Source of the DNA: Bdellovibrio sp.
GTDB lineage: Bacteria; Bdellovibrionota; Bdellovibrionia; Bdellovibrionales; Bdellovibrionaceae
Direction: 5' to 3'
Assembly: GCA_036676395.1 (NCBI GenBank)
Contig: JAKFCY010000002.1
Location: forward strand, 2,176,001 to 2,240,000
DNA: 64,000 bases
Positions 1-10,105 of the stretch are shown in pieces (the stretch's first letter is position 1; each line of letters opens with the position of its first letter). Under the pieces are notes generated by a model, which was given only the letters and a program-made list of their open reading frames with translations, did no database searches and had not been told where the DNA came from. A program made the translations under genes and the position numbers.

Positions 1-301
1 GAAAGCTTCGACGAATACAAATACACCGTATAATTTCGGAGTTAAAATTTCTGATATGACTGATGCTTTAAGACAGGATTATAATCTTGAAGCTTCGGTT
101 AAAAACCCGATGATCACTTGGATTGATCGTGGATCTATCGCAAGCGCCATTGGCCTTCGTGTGGGTGATGTGATTCTTGGTATTAATAAAGTTGAACCAA
201 CAAGCGCAGATCAAGCAATTAAGGCGATTAAAAAGGGTACGAACACAATCCGTGTAGCCCGCGGTCGCGGCATCACCGCTATCACTTTCGACCTTAAGTA
301 G
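1..301 (+). CDS. C-terminal PDZ domain of an HtrA/DegP-family protease (5'-truncated by the window)
   Basis: Frame is open from position 2; PDZ-like GSIASAIGLRVGDVILGIN...VARG. Confidence 0.75.
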   Translation, partial: KASTNTNTPYNFGVKISDMTDALRQDYNLEASVKNPMITWIDRGSIASAIGLRVGDVILGINKVEPTSADQAIKAIKKGTNTIRVARGRGITAITFDLK

Positions 302-311
302 CGCTTGTAAT

Positions 312-602
312 TTATGCGGCTTGTTTAATCGTTAAAACCACATCCAGGACTAAGGCGATCTTTGCTAAAAAGTCTAAGCTCACTTCTGAAACTAGTCCTG
401 ACTCCATACGGGCTATGGCTGGTTGTTTACTGCCCACCATACCGGCAAGCTTAGCCTGTGAGATTTTCTTTTTTAAACGAGTTGCTTTAAGTTTTTCGAT
501 GAGTTTCTTTTTTTGTCGTACAAGTTCCATGTCGATATCAGATAAACCCAGGGCTTTTCCAAAATCAGAGACGCTGCGGTAACGTATGCTTTTTTCTTTC
601 AT
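312..602 (-). CDS. XRE/HigA-type HTH antitoxin
   Basis: ISQAKLAGMVGSKQPAIARMESG HTH; 4-bp overlap with the upstream toxin-like ORF. Confidence 0.85.
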   Translation of the reverse strand: MKEKSIRYRSVSDFGKALGLSDIDMELVRQKKKLIEKLKATRLKKKISQAKLAGMVGSKQPAIARMESGLVSEVSLDFLAKIALVLDVVLTIKQAA

Positions 603-919
603 AGTCCAAAACTCCTTATACGCTGTTTTAAAAGGTCTGCTGTTTGCCGATCTAGTGCTTGCTTCTTTTTGCTAGTTGCGTGGATTACATAAATCGCATC
701 AGACACTTTAACCACATAAAAAACGCGGTATTCTCCGGCACGTCCTGATAGCCTTAACTCATGCAAACCTTTGCTGATCAACGGTAACGGGCGTGAAATC
801 GGCATACTCAGTTTTTTACCTGCGGCCAAGTCATCGAATAGTGCGAACACATCTATCAGAATGTCTTTAGGGGCATCCTTCAATTCGCGTTCGGCTTATT
901 TAATTACGACGACTTCCAC
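599..919 (-). pseudogene. RelE/ParE (Gp49-like) toxin with in-frame TAA at codon 8
   Basis: AAGGAG RBS, then GTG at 919 gives MEVVVIK*AERELKDAPK...; stop at 896-898; downstream GLHELR...YRVFY...HATSKK is RelE-like. Confidence 0.7.
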
Positions 920-936
920 AACGAACTCCTTTACTA

Positions 937-954
937 TATAACGAATCCGTTATA
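937..954. promoter_or_regulatory. Inverted repeat, probable antitoxin operator
   Basis: tataacg-aatc-cgttata just upstream of the toxin RBS. Confidence 0.55.
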
Positions 955-1213
955 ATGTCAAATTGACTTATATAATGGCTTATTTCACTTTAATTCGGCC
1001 TTCGGATCATTCTTGGCGTAAGTAAGTACGTAAGCGTTTTCAGGTTCTTCAATGCAGAGTTGTTACAAGATAGAAACCAAAAATTATGTTCCCCGAACCC
1101 CCGTGGAATTTTAAATAAGTTCTATTTAATATCTCAAACTGTCTCAAAGTGTTTAAGTTTTAGACGACTAAACACTTTGGCGATTTTTTTTCATCTCAGC
1201 GCGTAATTTTTTT

Positions 1214-1241
1214 TAAAGTCTCAAGACCATGGTCCCGATAC
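1214..1241 (+). promoter_or_regulatory. sigma28/FliA-like promoter of spoVG
   Basis: TAAAGTCT-N12-CCCGATAC versus consensus TAAAGTTT-N11-GCCGATAA. Confidence 0.5.
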
Positions 1242-1310
1242 TAGACGTAGATACAGTAAGTCATGAAGGCGCAAGCCAGCACGGCGAAATACGGCTTAAA
1301 GAGAGGCACC

Positions 1311-1631
1311 ATGAAAATCACAGAAGTAAAAATCTTTCCGGTTAACGAGGACAGGTTAAAGGCATACGTAACGATCACCATCGAAAATTGTTTCGTTGTA
1401 CGTGATCTAAAGGTCATCCAAGGGCCCGGCGGATTGTTTGTGGCCATGCCCAGCAAAAAGCGTAAGGATGGCCAGTTTCGTGATATAGCGCATCCGTTAA
1501 ATCAAGAAACACGAGAAACGATTGAAAATTTAGTATTTGAGGCTTATGAAAATGAGCTACGTTCTATGGGAGAAACTCTGACGACATTAAAACGACAGAA
1601 AACTCCGCATACCTATCAAGGTGACGATTAA
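1311..1631 (+). CDS. spoVG: SpoVG nucleic-acid-binding protein
   Basis: MKITEVKI...LKAYVTITIENCFVVRDLKVIQGPGGLFVAMPS...FRDIAHPLN; GAGG RBS before ATG 1311. Confidence 0.95.
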   Translation: MKITEVKIFPVNEDRLKAYVTITIENCFVVRDLKVIQGPGGLFVAMPSKKRKDGQFRDIAHPLNQETRETIENLVFEAYENELRSMGETLTTLKRQKTPHTYQGDD

Positions 1632-1815
1632 GCTTTTCTTTAACGAAAAGTCAGTCTTCTTGGGTAACCGAGATTACTAAAGTCGCCCGATAGGCATGCA
1701 ATAGGGGGAGCAATCCAAGTTTAGATGTGGTCAGAAATATAGCACCTCGTGAAGACACAAGTAAAAAGAAAGACCCTGCTCAATAAACTTTCCAGATACA
1801 CCCCATAGAACACCC

Positions 1816-1855
1816 AGCCCAAGCTTATTCAGTTAAGTTTGGGCTTTATTTTTTC
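1816..1855 (+). terminator. Rho-independent terminator
   Basis: agcccaagctta-ttcagt-taagtttgggct followed by a T-rich tract. Confidence 0.75.
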
Positions 1856-1906
1856 TTGCGCTCGACGCCAAAATTCATTAACTTGTGTTTCACGTCATTC
1901 GACAGT

Positions 1907-1982
1907 TGGGGTATCGCCAAGTTGGTAAGGCAATAGATTTTGATTCTATCATTCGGAGGTTCAAGTCCTCCTACCCCATCCA
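1907..1982 (+). tRNA. tRNA-Gln(TTG)
   Basis: Acceptor stem tggggta/tacccca, anticodon arm ataga-ttTTGat-tctat, T-arm ggaggttcaagtcctcc, encoded CCA. Confidence 0.95.
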
Positions 1983-2009
1983 AATTTTTCTTCTTTTTCA
2001 GGTTTAACA

Positions 2010-2327
2010 ATGAACGACCGTAAATTACCTAAACCTCGCAATAATAAATATCCTGCTGCTAGCATTACTTTAGAGAAGATGGTTCGCGATCTTGTTGAAG
2101 AGTATGGTTGGACTGAACTTGGTCAGAAGATTTATATTCGTTGTTTTAACGAGAACCCGAGTTTGAAATCTAGTTTGATTTTTTTACGTAAGATGGAATG
2201 GGCTCGGCTTGAGGTTGAGGAATTGTATTACTGGCGCTTTGGTGGCGCACCTGAGGGTTGGGTTGGACCTGTTCGTCGTGGTGATGATGGGTATGATCCG
2301 CGCGATGATGGGGATTTTGGGGAGTAG
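2010..2327 (+). CDS. DUF2132/VF530-family DNA-binding protein
   Basis: ITLEKMVRDLVEEYGW...CFNENPSLKSSLIFLRKMEWARLEVEELY. Confidence 0.85.
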   Translation: MNDRKLPKPRNNKYPAASITLEKMVRDLVEEYGWTELGQKIYIRCFNENPSLKSSLIFLRKMEWARLEVEELYYWRFGGAPEGWVGPVRRGDDGYDPRDDGDFGE

Positions 2328-2647
2328 TTCTAATTACACCATCATTTCCTAACAGCACCCAACAATGTGTTTTGATATCATTTTTTCATACGCTTTAATG
2401 TCACTTCAAGCTCCACTCTTTCAATATAATTAATAAAAAATCCATTAAATCTATTTCCAGAATAGTTGACTGTAATATTAAATACTTGATATTCAATATT
2501 ACAGGTCTGGAAATACCCGCCGATCGCGGCTGAAAAGCTAAGGTGAAATTTCCACAATTCATTAAAGGTTTATTACAATACAAACTTTTTAGGGCTGTAC
2601 TTTAAGGCGATCAATAGAACAAATAGTCCGAAAAAAAGGGTGTATCT

Positions 2648-3175
2648 ATGGGCCAACCATCAAAAGAACAAATTAAAGAACGTGCGAAATACCTACGTGA
2701 AATCTTGCGTGAGAAACACAAGATTGAGTTACCACATGGGCATTCGCTTGAAGTGATAGCTAAAGTCTTTGGCTTCAAAGACTGGAATACGGCTTCTGCG
2801 TTTTCAGTAAAGACAAGTGAAGAAAAAACTATCGAAAAACCTATTACAGCTAACTTTCAGAAGGTCGGAGAGCTGAAGAAATTTCTAGATAAGTTTGATG
2901 ATGAAACTAAATTAGTAGTGAATGAATATAGCTGGAGTGACTCTAAAGACTCTACACTACTGGGAAATGTTACTTCGATCTGCTCGCTCACTTACGATTA
3001 CGAAATTCAGAATGAAACCGAACTTTGTCTAGAATTAAAAACGGAATCAGAACACGATCGTATGATTGGAAAAAGTTCAAGTCAGTCTTTCGATAAAACT
3101 TCAGCAGGACGTTCACAACGACGTATAAAATATTTAAATATGTTGAAGCCTCATTTATGGAATCTGAATAAATAA
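2648..3175 (+). CDS. Protein with N-terminal 'glyoxalase superfamily' (Glyoxalase_8-like) helical domain
   Basis: AKYLREIL...HGHSLEVIAKVFGFKDWNTASA motif. Confidence 0.6.
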   Translation: MGQPSKEQIKERAKYLREILREKHKIELPHGHSLEVIAKVFGFKDWNTASAFSVKTSEEKTIEKPITANFQKVGELKKFLDKFDDETKLVVNEYSWSDSKDSTLLGNVTSICSLTYDYEIQNETELCLELKTESEHDRMIGKSSSQSFDKTSAGRSQRRIKYLNMLKPHLWNLNK

Positions 3176-3182
3176 AACCTCT

Positions 3183-3212
3183 ACCACGGCAGCACTCATG
3201 TGTTGCTGTGGT
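3183..3212. terminator. Hairpin between convergent genes
   Basis: accacggcagcac-tcat-gtgttgctgtggt. Confidence 0.55.
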
Positions 3213-3226
3213 TAGTTAAACCCGAC

Positions 3227-6200
3227 TTATTCGGATTTCTTTCTAGATTTCTTTGGCAGAACTAAATCATCAGGTTGCGATTCCCATTCTTGACGAATCT
3301 CGAAAGCTCTCAATAAAAGCTTTCGCTTAACATCATCATCTTCTGTGTGAACAGGAGCTGCATGAGGGCCCAATTTTTCTATTTCAAAAGCTTCAAGCTC
3401 TTTAAAAATGCGCTTCATAGCTTTGTCTCGCGATTTAAAATATTCACTTCCTCGCACCCTAATGAACTTCCATCCTAAGCGCTCGAGTACACTCTGTCGC
3501 TGGATATCATCCACAAGTTTTTCTGGAGGATGATATCGATCGCCATCGCACTCAATGGCGATCTTTTTACCGCCGATGCCCATAACTACTAGATCAATTC
3601 GGTATGCCCCGACTTGCCATTGCGGAACAACTCGATAGCCTTCATTCATCAAATCTTTAATAACAGATTGCTCGAAAATTCCCGAATTGGGATCTGCTTT
3701 TTTTTGTGTCGCTTCAATCGCTAATGACAGCTCACGAGGGTTTTCTGCATGCTTGATTAAACGTAATCTTAAATCACCAGGTTTTAAATCCGTCGCTGGA
3801 TTCAAAGAATGTACAACCCATAATTGATCCTGCGCTCTAGAAGCTGCGACATTAAAAGTTTTCTTAACATCTTCAGCTTGTTTTATGTTAAGTGGCGGAT
3901 CATCACAAGTATCTACCATCGAAAGAAGCATCACACTTCTTTCGTCACCTTGAAACTGCGAAGCATTGCCGCATAGAATTTTATGCTTTTGATAAATGCT
4001 AGCGCCAAGTTTGCGTTGAAGAATTCCATCAATGACCTGCGCCTGCTCAGTACCAACCATCGAAATCACACCAATAGACGAATCCTTATATTGATCGGAC
4101 TCTGCCATAGCTGCAATAATTGACGAAACCTCAGTTGCTTCAACTATATTTATTTTATTAACCGCTGTTGCAGAACTTACCTTATGACAAATCACATGAT
4201 CTGCAAAAGGACTACTTGAAGCTTCACGCAACGGTTTAATTTCACCTGAATATGACAGCTGATTACTAAATTGAATAATGTCCGGCACACATCTGAAATG
4301 TTCAACCAGTCGTATTGTTTCCCCAAACGACAGCTGGGCCAAATCATAGACTGAAGTTTTGCCGTCATAAAGCATCCTATTTGGTACACCTTGAAGTAAC
4401 TCGTTAATTAAAGATTGAATTTTTCCTAATTCCTGCCCTACGGCATAAGGCGTAACCTGCTGGTCATCTCCAACTACAATAACCTGCTTAGCTATCGCAA
4501 ATGCTACCAATGCCGTGATATCACTTTGGCTGGCCTCATCTAGAATTAATACGTCGAACTTCGTATGAACAAGATCAAAGCTATCGAAGACTCTCGACAA
4601 CGGCATGATCCAAACCGGAACGGCATTTTTACAATCTTTTAATGTTTTTTGGGCTTCACGTTTTATCTGCGAATCACGCTTTCCCGTACCTGACTTAGTT
4701 AATTTGCCTTGCAACTTTTCCCAACCATTTAAAGCTGATTGCTCTTTCAAGCCAGTGCGCTTTTTTTGGAATCGCCATGAAAGCTTTTCTACGTATTGAG
4801 CGTTTACATCATTTAATTCATACTTTAGGTTTAAAAGTTTTCGCTGCACAGTGCTGTAGTCTTTTGCCAATCGACGATCTAGCTCTTGTCGCCACTGACA
4901 TAAGTTCCATGCAAGTTCAGCATTACCGGGAATCAAGCTATCGGCATGAACACCTGAACGAGTTTGAACCATAGCAGCCCATGTAGGCGCATACCTTTCA
5001 AGTTTTTCTAAGTGTGCTGTGCGCAAATTATAAAAATGATTTTTACCTTTAAGATCTAAATAGCGGTTGTATGCAGCTTCGTATGCTTCAATATTCAATT
5101 CTGTTAACGCTTTTTGTAAACTCAAGATAAATGATCTCGCACACGCTGGTTTGTTTACGTTTATGCGCAAGATTTGCATTGTATCCTGACGTTTGGATTC
5201 TAAAACTTTTCGGTTTAGCCATAATTTACGAGAATTAATTGCTGGCACAAGTGTCATTTGTGCCATGGTCTCAAGTTGCTCAACATTTGGTTGCGCAGCT
5301 GCAGTAAGCGAGGTTTTTTCTATAACTATTGATAAATTAAATCCCTGAGATTTTAATCCGCTTTCAACATTATTCCAGATTGTTTTTGACCATGTTGAAC
5401 CGATTTTTAATGCTTCGACAAAAGACTTAGCGTGAATTTCTGGTTCTTTCTCTTCTAATGATGGACCTGACGCTGGCACAACCTGACGATGCCACCTGTT
5501 TGTAAGTTCGCGCCGTATTTGCAAAGTTTCGATTAATGCCGAAATTGCTTCAAAATGTTCAAGTTTTGCAGGACGCCCATCATCTACATAACACGTATTA
5601 ATTAATGTTTTCCAAGAAGATTTAAAAGTTAAATCCATAAAACCTATTGGTTTGCCTGATCTAAGATGAAAAATAATTTCATTATTAGCTTTGACGAGTT
5701 CAGGCGTTATCGGCGCACCAAGTTTGGGCCCATGGCTTAAGATGTATTCTTTTCTTTTCGCGATTTTCAGTGATGATGACTCAATCAGTTCAATGAGCTT
5801 AAGCCAAGGATCTAAATGTTCGATACCAAGTCTTGCATCAGCAACAACTTTTTTTATCCACTTGTTTGAACTAAGAACATCCCGACCTTTATTAATATCT
5901 TGAAGAACTTTTTCTAGAACATCTACAGACTGATTTTCATGAATCCATAGATTTGAATGGCTTTCTGCAGTTTCATTATCAACACCATCCAAGTGCTTCT
6001 TAAGATCAGAAACTTGGTGTGGAGTTAAAATCGCTTCAAGCTCAGGTAATACCTCGGACAAACATGATTCATCTTCCAAACTTATAAACCCATTAGTCTG
6101 ATATAGCTCATTTAATTCTTTGTCACTAAGTGGTAGAGGGGCTGACGGTTCAACAGGTTCAATAATCCATCCGTGTTCTAAGTTCAGTTCCGCAACTTTT

Positions 6201-7771
6201 CTTGCGGCCTCAGAAGGTCTTATCGCTTCGCCACCAACTACAATGTCTAGGTATTCATTAGCTCGAATATCTAAAATTTCTTTCTCTAAATTTTTAATAT
6301 CATCTTTAATCTGATTACGACGAAGACCGATCTGATTGATTTCTTTAGTTAATGAATCATGATCTGCGCGTGATAAATACGAAGTAATGCCCTTGACTGA
6401 CTCTTCAAGTTGAGCTTTGCTTTCTGCATCGTTTTCAAGAACTGATACGCATAGTGGGCGTAATCCTGGAACTACTTTCTCACGAACAACACGTAAAGCT
6501 TTAGATGTATGACTCGATACTAATACAGTTTTTCCACTTGCAAGCAGATGACCAATTACATTTGCGATCGTGTGTGACTTACCTGTACCTGGAGGACCTT
6601 GAACTAAAACTGAGCCATTTTTTTCTAAACGTGAAATTACTCTTTCTTGTTCGGCATTGGACGGCTTAGTTAATAAATAATCAATCTCATTGTTATCAAG
6701 TTCCGGTGAAGTCTCAACAGATGTTCCTTCACCATTACCATTGCCCACTAATGGTTTATCCTCAATACCCATCAATCGCATCAATGACTCAGGTACATGT
6801 TCTAAAGTTGGTAATTTTTCAATTAAGTTATCCAATGATTCAGCAAAACCTTGCGATCGATTACCTAAGAAAATTACTGGGTCTCGATATATATTAGCTT
6901 TATTCTTAACTACGTCTGATCTGCTTTCAGAAAAGTGTCCATCAGAAAAAAAACGTTGTATGAAAAATTTAAAAAACTCAGATGATTTGCCGTTTGCCAA
7001 TGGATGGGGGTTCGCTTCAAGAACTCGTTTTTTAACAGCTGAAATACCGCTGCCATCAAGTTCGTGATGTCGTAATAGTGAAGTATATAGCTCCACATCA
7101 TCGTCAGTTTCTCTGATTATGAATTCAGGCGTAACTGAGTCAAATTCAATCTCGACCTTTTTTAATAAAATCGGATGGTCAACAGGCTGAATAGCGCTGT
7201 CCCAGATCAAGTGACCGTCAGCTACAAATAGCTGAAATTTTTCAGATTCTCGTTGTATTTGACCTTGTAGTTTGAATAGATCGGCAAATACGAGAGCTGC
7301 ATCCCGTGCTGGGAGCTCAGCCTCTAACCAATTCTGTCTTTGTATCTGCCATCGCTCGAATGAAGCAACTCGTGATGGATCGTCTTCGAATTTATGGGTA
7401 GTAGCGTGACCAGTTTTCAAGTCTGTTAAATTTTTTGCGTGGATACATTTTGCTTGTCCGTCAATTTTTTCCCAACCATTTTCAAGCCATCCGTCCAAAC
7501 TTGATGGCGGCAAAGGGCACATTGTTTCAACTGGTCGCTTTACGCGAAATATAATTCCGTCAAATTCCTGTTCTGGATCATCCGGAGCATTAAATGTTTG
7601 AATCGTTGGGTATTTCGGGAGACCTGAAAAACGTAATGACCAGTCATAAGACTGCAGTGAGCAAACTGGCGGCGTGCGAAGTTTCGTTAATTCTCTTATG
7701 TAAGTGAAAACTCTTGTTAATCGTTCTTTTCCGGTGTTGTTATTCTGCTCGTCCAAGATGATGTTCCCCAC
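3227..7771 (-). CDS. SF1 (Upf1/DNA2-like, AAA_11/AAA_12) helicase fused to a C-terminal Vsr/MTES_1575-like REase domain; candidate defence protein
   Basis: QGPPGTGKS, LILDEASQ, VGDDQQ, EHFRC, FQGDER, NVAASRA; C-terminal FEQSV...YRIDLVV...IAIECDGDRYH...RQSVLERLGWKFIRV. Confidence 0.85.
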   Translation of the reverse strand: MGNIILDEQNNNTGKERLTRVFTYIRELTKLRTPPVCSLQSYDWSLRFSGLPKYPTIQTFNAPDDPEQEFDGIIFRVKRPVETMCPLPPSSLDGWLENGWEKIDGQAKCIHAKNLTDLKTGHATTHKFEDDPSRVASFERWQIQRQNWLEAELPARDAALVFADLFKLQGQIQRESEKFQLFVADGHLIWDSAIQPVDHPILLKKVEIEFDSVTPEFIIRETDDDVELYTSLLRHHELDGSGISAVKKRVLEANPHPLANGKSSEFFKFFIQRFFSDGHFSESRSDVVKNKANIYRDPVIFLGNRSQGFAESLDNLIEKLPTLEHVPESLMRLMGIEDKPLVGNGNGEGTSVETSPELDNNEIDYLLTKPSNAEQERVISRLEKNGSVLVQGPPGTGKSHTIANVIGHLLASGKTVLVSSHTSKALRVVREKVVPGLRPLCVSVLENDAESKAQLEESVKGITSYLSRADHDSLTKEINQIGLRRNQIKDDIKNLEKEILDIRANEYLDIVVGGEAIRPSEAARKVAELNLEHGWIIEPVEPSAPLPLSDKELNELYQTNGFISLEDESCLSEVLPELEAILTPHQVSDLKKHLDGVDNETAESHSNLWIHENQSVDVLEKVLQDINKGRDVLSSNKWIKKVVADARLGIEHLDPWLKLIELIESSSLKIAKRKEYILSHGPKLGAPITPELVKANNEIIFHLRSGKPIGFMDLTFKSSWKTLINTCYVDDGRPAKLEHFEAISALIETLQIRRELTNRWHRQVVPASGPSLEEKEPEIHAKSFVEALKIGSTWSKTIWNNVESGLKSQGFNLSIVIEKTSLTAAAQPNVEQLETMAQMTLVPAINSRKLWLNRKVLESKRQDTMQILRINVNKPACARSFILSLQKALTELNIEAYEAAYNRYLDLKGKNHFYNLRTAHLEKLERYAPTWAAMVQTRSGVHADSLIPGNAELAWNLCQWRQELDRRLAKDYSTVQRKLLNLKYELNDVNAQYVEKLSWRFQKKRTGLKEQSALNGWEKLQGKLTKSGTGKRDSQIKREAQKTLKDCKNAVPVWIMPLSRVFDSFDLVHTKFDVLILDEASQSDITALVAFAIAKQVIVVGDDQQVTPYAVGQELGKIQSLINELLQGVPNRMLYDGKTSVYDLAQLSFGETIRLVEHFRCVPDIIQFSNQLSYSGEIKPLREASSSPFADHVICHKVSSATAVNKINIVEATEVSSIIAAMAESDQYKDSSIGVISMVGTEQAQVIDGILQRKLGASIYQKHKILCGNASQFQGDERSVMLLSMVDTCDDPPLNIKQAEDVKKTFNVAASRAQDQLWVVHSLNPATDLKPGDLRLRLIKHAENPRELSLAIEATQKKADPNSGIFEQSVIKDLMNEGYRVVPQWQVGAYRIDLVVMGIGGKKIAIECDGDRYHPPEKLVDDIQRQSVLERLGWKFIRVRGSEYFKSRDKAMKRIFKELEAFEIEKLGPHAAPVHTEDDDVKRKLLLRAFEIRQEWESQPDDLVLPKKSRKKSE

Positions 7772-7876
7772 GATGAAATTCTTTATAATTTTATCGGGGT
7801 TTTAAAGGCTTAGCTTGATAATAAATAAAATTTTAGTTGTAAGCTTGTATCAATTCGAAACAATGTTTATTAGCAT

Positions 7877-8845
7877 TCATAATTTTTTTAATGGCGTTAC
7901 TACCAATTTCCGTACGTTAACAGGGCCATCAACGATATCACCTGTCTCATGCTTAAAAAATGTTATTTCTCCCGGGTGAAAGTCTGTTGGATATTTTTGA
8001 ACGACATTGGAGTCACCTATAGCGTGATTAACTTCATCAATAGTTTTCTTTAAACCTTCATGAAAAACATGCAACCTTAATTTAGTCTTTTCTGGTTGGT
8101 CGCAAGTATAGCAATCAATTGGCATTAAATTAGTGCCATTTAATTTTCCAAATACTGAGTAATGCACCAATTCGGTATCAACGAGATCATCTTTAATCCG
8201 TACTCCCATCGCCATTTCAATAGTTCGAGTTAGATCTCGACCAAAACTTTTTAATCTCTCCGTGGGTTTTTCATTCTGCCAACGCCAATGCACCCCTCTA
8301 AACATGCAAACATCCATGCCTTGCGATATCCAGCGAGCAGCGTCTATCCATAAACTGCAATGATAAATCGTTGCAGATGACTTTTTCATGGGAAATTTCT
8401 GAGAATACTCAATAGCTAAACAATGGATTAAGATATGTCTATTTTCTGTCTTGAGATATCTAGCAGTAGCTATGGTAAAGTATGGCATACCTTTATCATG
8501 TACGTGTTTATTTCGATGCTCTAGGGTTTCTTTTAATTGATTTTCAGACAAACTCGGTAATTTATCAAAATATTTATACGCATATTCGTACAGTTTTGCA
8601 GCTAAGGCTATAGCATCATCAAACGTTTTTAGGGGCTTGATTGGCAATAGTCCACTAGGCGATGGCGGCATTCCGACTTTTATTCCCATGTATTCAATGA
8701 ATGCAAATGGTGAAACGAAAAGCTTCATTTCCTGAGGAGGAATTCCAAGATATTTCTTTGCTAGCTGGTTATTAGCTTTATCAAAAAAAGATTCATCTTC
8801 TATAAATTTTCTGAAAAAATTTGTATCAAAGAACAAACTCGGCAT
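7877..8845 (-). CDS. Hypothetical protein with PIN-like N-terminus
   Basis: N-terminal LFFDTNFF; later DDLVDTE and CYTCD acidic motifs. Confidence 0.45.
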   Translation of the reverse strand: MPSLFFDTNFFRKFIEDESFFDKANNQLAKKYLGIPPQEMKLFVSPFAFIEYMGIKVGMPPSPSGLLPIKPLKTFDDAIALAAKLYEYAYKYFDKLPSLSENQLKETLEHRNKHVHDKGMPYFTIATARYLKTENRHILIHCLAIEYSQKFPMKKSSATIYHCSLWIDAARWISQGMDVCMFRGVHWRWQNEKPTERLKSFGRDLTRTIEMAMGVRIKDDLVDTELVHYSVFGKLNGTNLMPIDCYTCDQPEKTKLRLHVFHEGLKKTIDEVNHAIGDSNVVQKYPTDFHPGEITFFKHETGDIVDGPVNVRKLVVTPLKKL

Positions 8846-8938
8846 AAGCTCCTAAGCTGATTCGCTTTTCATTTTTTTTAACTCCATTAAAACCAACGTT
8901 AAGTACTGTTGGCTTTTCGCGAATTCTACTTCCGCAAC

Positions 8939-9145
8939 CTATCTATAACAAAGTTTGATTTTTAAACTTTGAACTTCAGACTTTGTTTTTGCGCCACATT
9001 GAGGCTCTAAACCCCCGGTTCTGCAAAATGCAGAACGTCGACCGCATTGTGAGCCTCTTTTGTCTACATTCCAAGGGCAATTGCACAGGCCAGCAAAGCT
9101 ATTGTCCGTCATAAAAACGACAAAAAGAAATATAAAGTATTTCAT
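8939..9145 (-). CDS. Small secreted Cys-rich protein
   Basis: Signal peptide plus CNCPWNVDKRGSQCGRRSAFCRTGGLEPQC. Confidence 0.6.
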   Translation of the reverse strand: MKYFIFLFVVFMTDNSFAGLCNCPWNVDKRGSQCGRRSAFCRTGGLEPQCGAKTKSEVQSLKIKLCYR

Positions 9146-9148
9146 TGA

Positions 9149-10105
9149 TTAAGCGACATCTGTTTTATTTTTTTCGGCTGTAGCTTCAACAACTGGGCAA
9201 GGTGTTTCAATTGCTTGAGCATTCAATGGTGCAGGTGCCATTGAAATTACCGAAATAGCCTCAACAGTTGCTGGTACATCTTTCTTAGCATTGCTGCGCT
9301 TGGTTTTACGGGTCGCACGTTTTTGCGATCTAATGTACTTATGGAATTCTAAAGCCTTAGTTTCGTTCCAATCTTTGATTGAATCATCTAATCCGTTTTC
9401 TAATAAATTGTACACTTTATCCATTAGCATTTCGTGATTCGCTTTAAACTCGTGTTCACCACGAATTGATTTAGCAATATACTTGATTACATCAACTGAT
9501 AAGATTGCTTTAGATAAAGATTCTGGAGAAAAAGCCATAGCTTCTTTAGCTAATTCAGGCCATTCGCTCGCAGCAAATGTCGATTCATGCAAATCTAAAA
9601 ATTCGTGGCATTGCTCTTCTACCACTTTTTTAGTGCAATCAATTACATCGCTATCAGACTTAATATCAAATGCTGCGAATTCAACCCCGCCGTACTGTGG
9701 TTGTGAAAAATCAAATAGTAACCATTCTGTACCATTTGTTAACATTCCATATTTTACGCCACCTAGACTATGAAGGTATTCACTTAATTGAATTTTTCCA
9801 GATCTAAAGTCAGATTTTCCTAAATCAAAACCCATCTTTTTAACTTCAACTACGAATACTGGCTTATCGTTTTTAGATACGATTAAATCGGGCCGCATTT
9901 TACCTTTAGTTTCTTGCGAACGAATTACATATCCAGAAGCCGCAGTATAACCTAAGCAATTTTTAAGAAAGCTCTGTGCCCAAACTTCAACATTAGACTC
10001 TTTACTCGCGGGGTTTACATCGATATTCTTTAATTCAATCATATGCTCGATAGCTTGATCTAACATATTTCTAACTAATCTGTCTTGTTTGCTCTCTTTT
10101 GCCAT
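9149..10105 (-). CDS. Stand-alone type I restriction HsdR N-terminal-like PD-(D/E)xK nuclease
   Basis: RPDLIV...VVEVKK...QLSEY...GMLTNGTEW; AGGAG RBS. Confidence 0.75.
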   Translation of the reverse strand: MAKESKQDRLVRNMLDQAIEHMIELKNIDVNPASKESNVEVWAQSFLKNCLGYTAASGYVIRSQETKGKMRPDLIVSKNDKPVFVVEVKKMGFDLGKSDFRSGKIQLSEYLHSLGGVKYGMLTNGTEWLLFDFSQPQYGGVEFAAFDIKSDSDVIDCTKKVVEEQCHEFLDLHESTFAASEWPELAKEAMAFSPESLSKAILSVDVIKYIAKSIRGEHEFKANHEMLMDKVYNLLENGLDDSIKDWNETKALEFHKYIRSQKRATRKTKRSNAKKDVPATVEAISVISMAPAPLNAQAIETPCPVVEATAEKNKTDVA

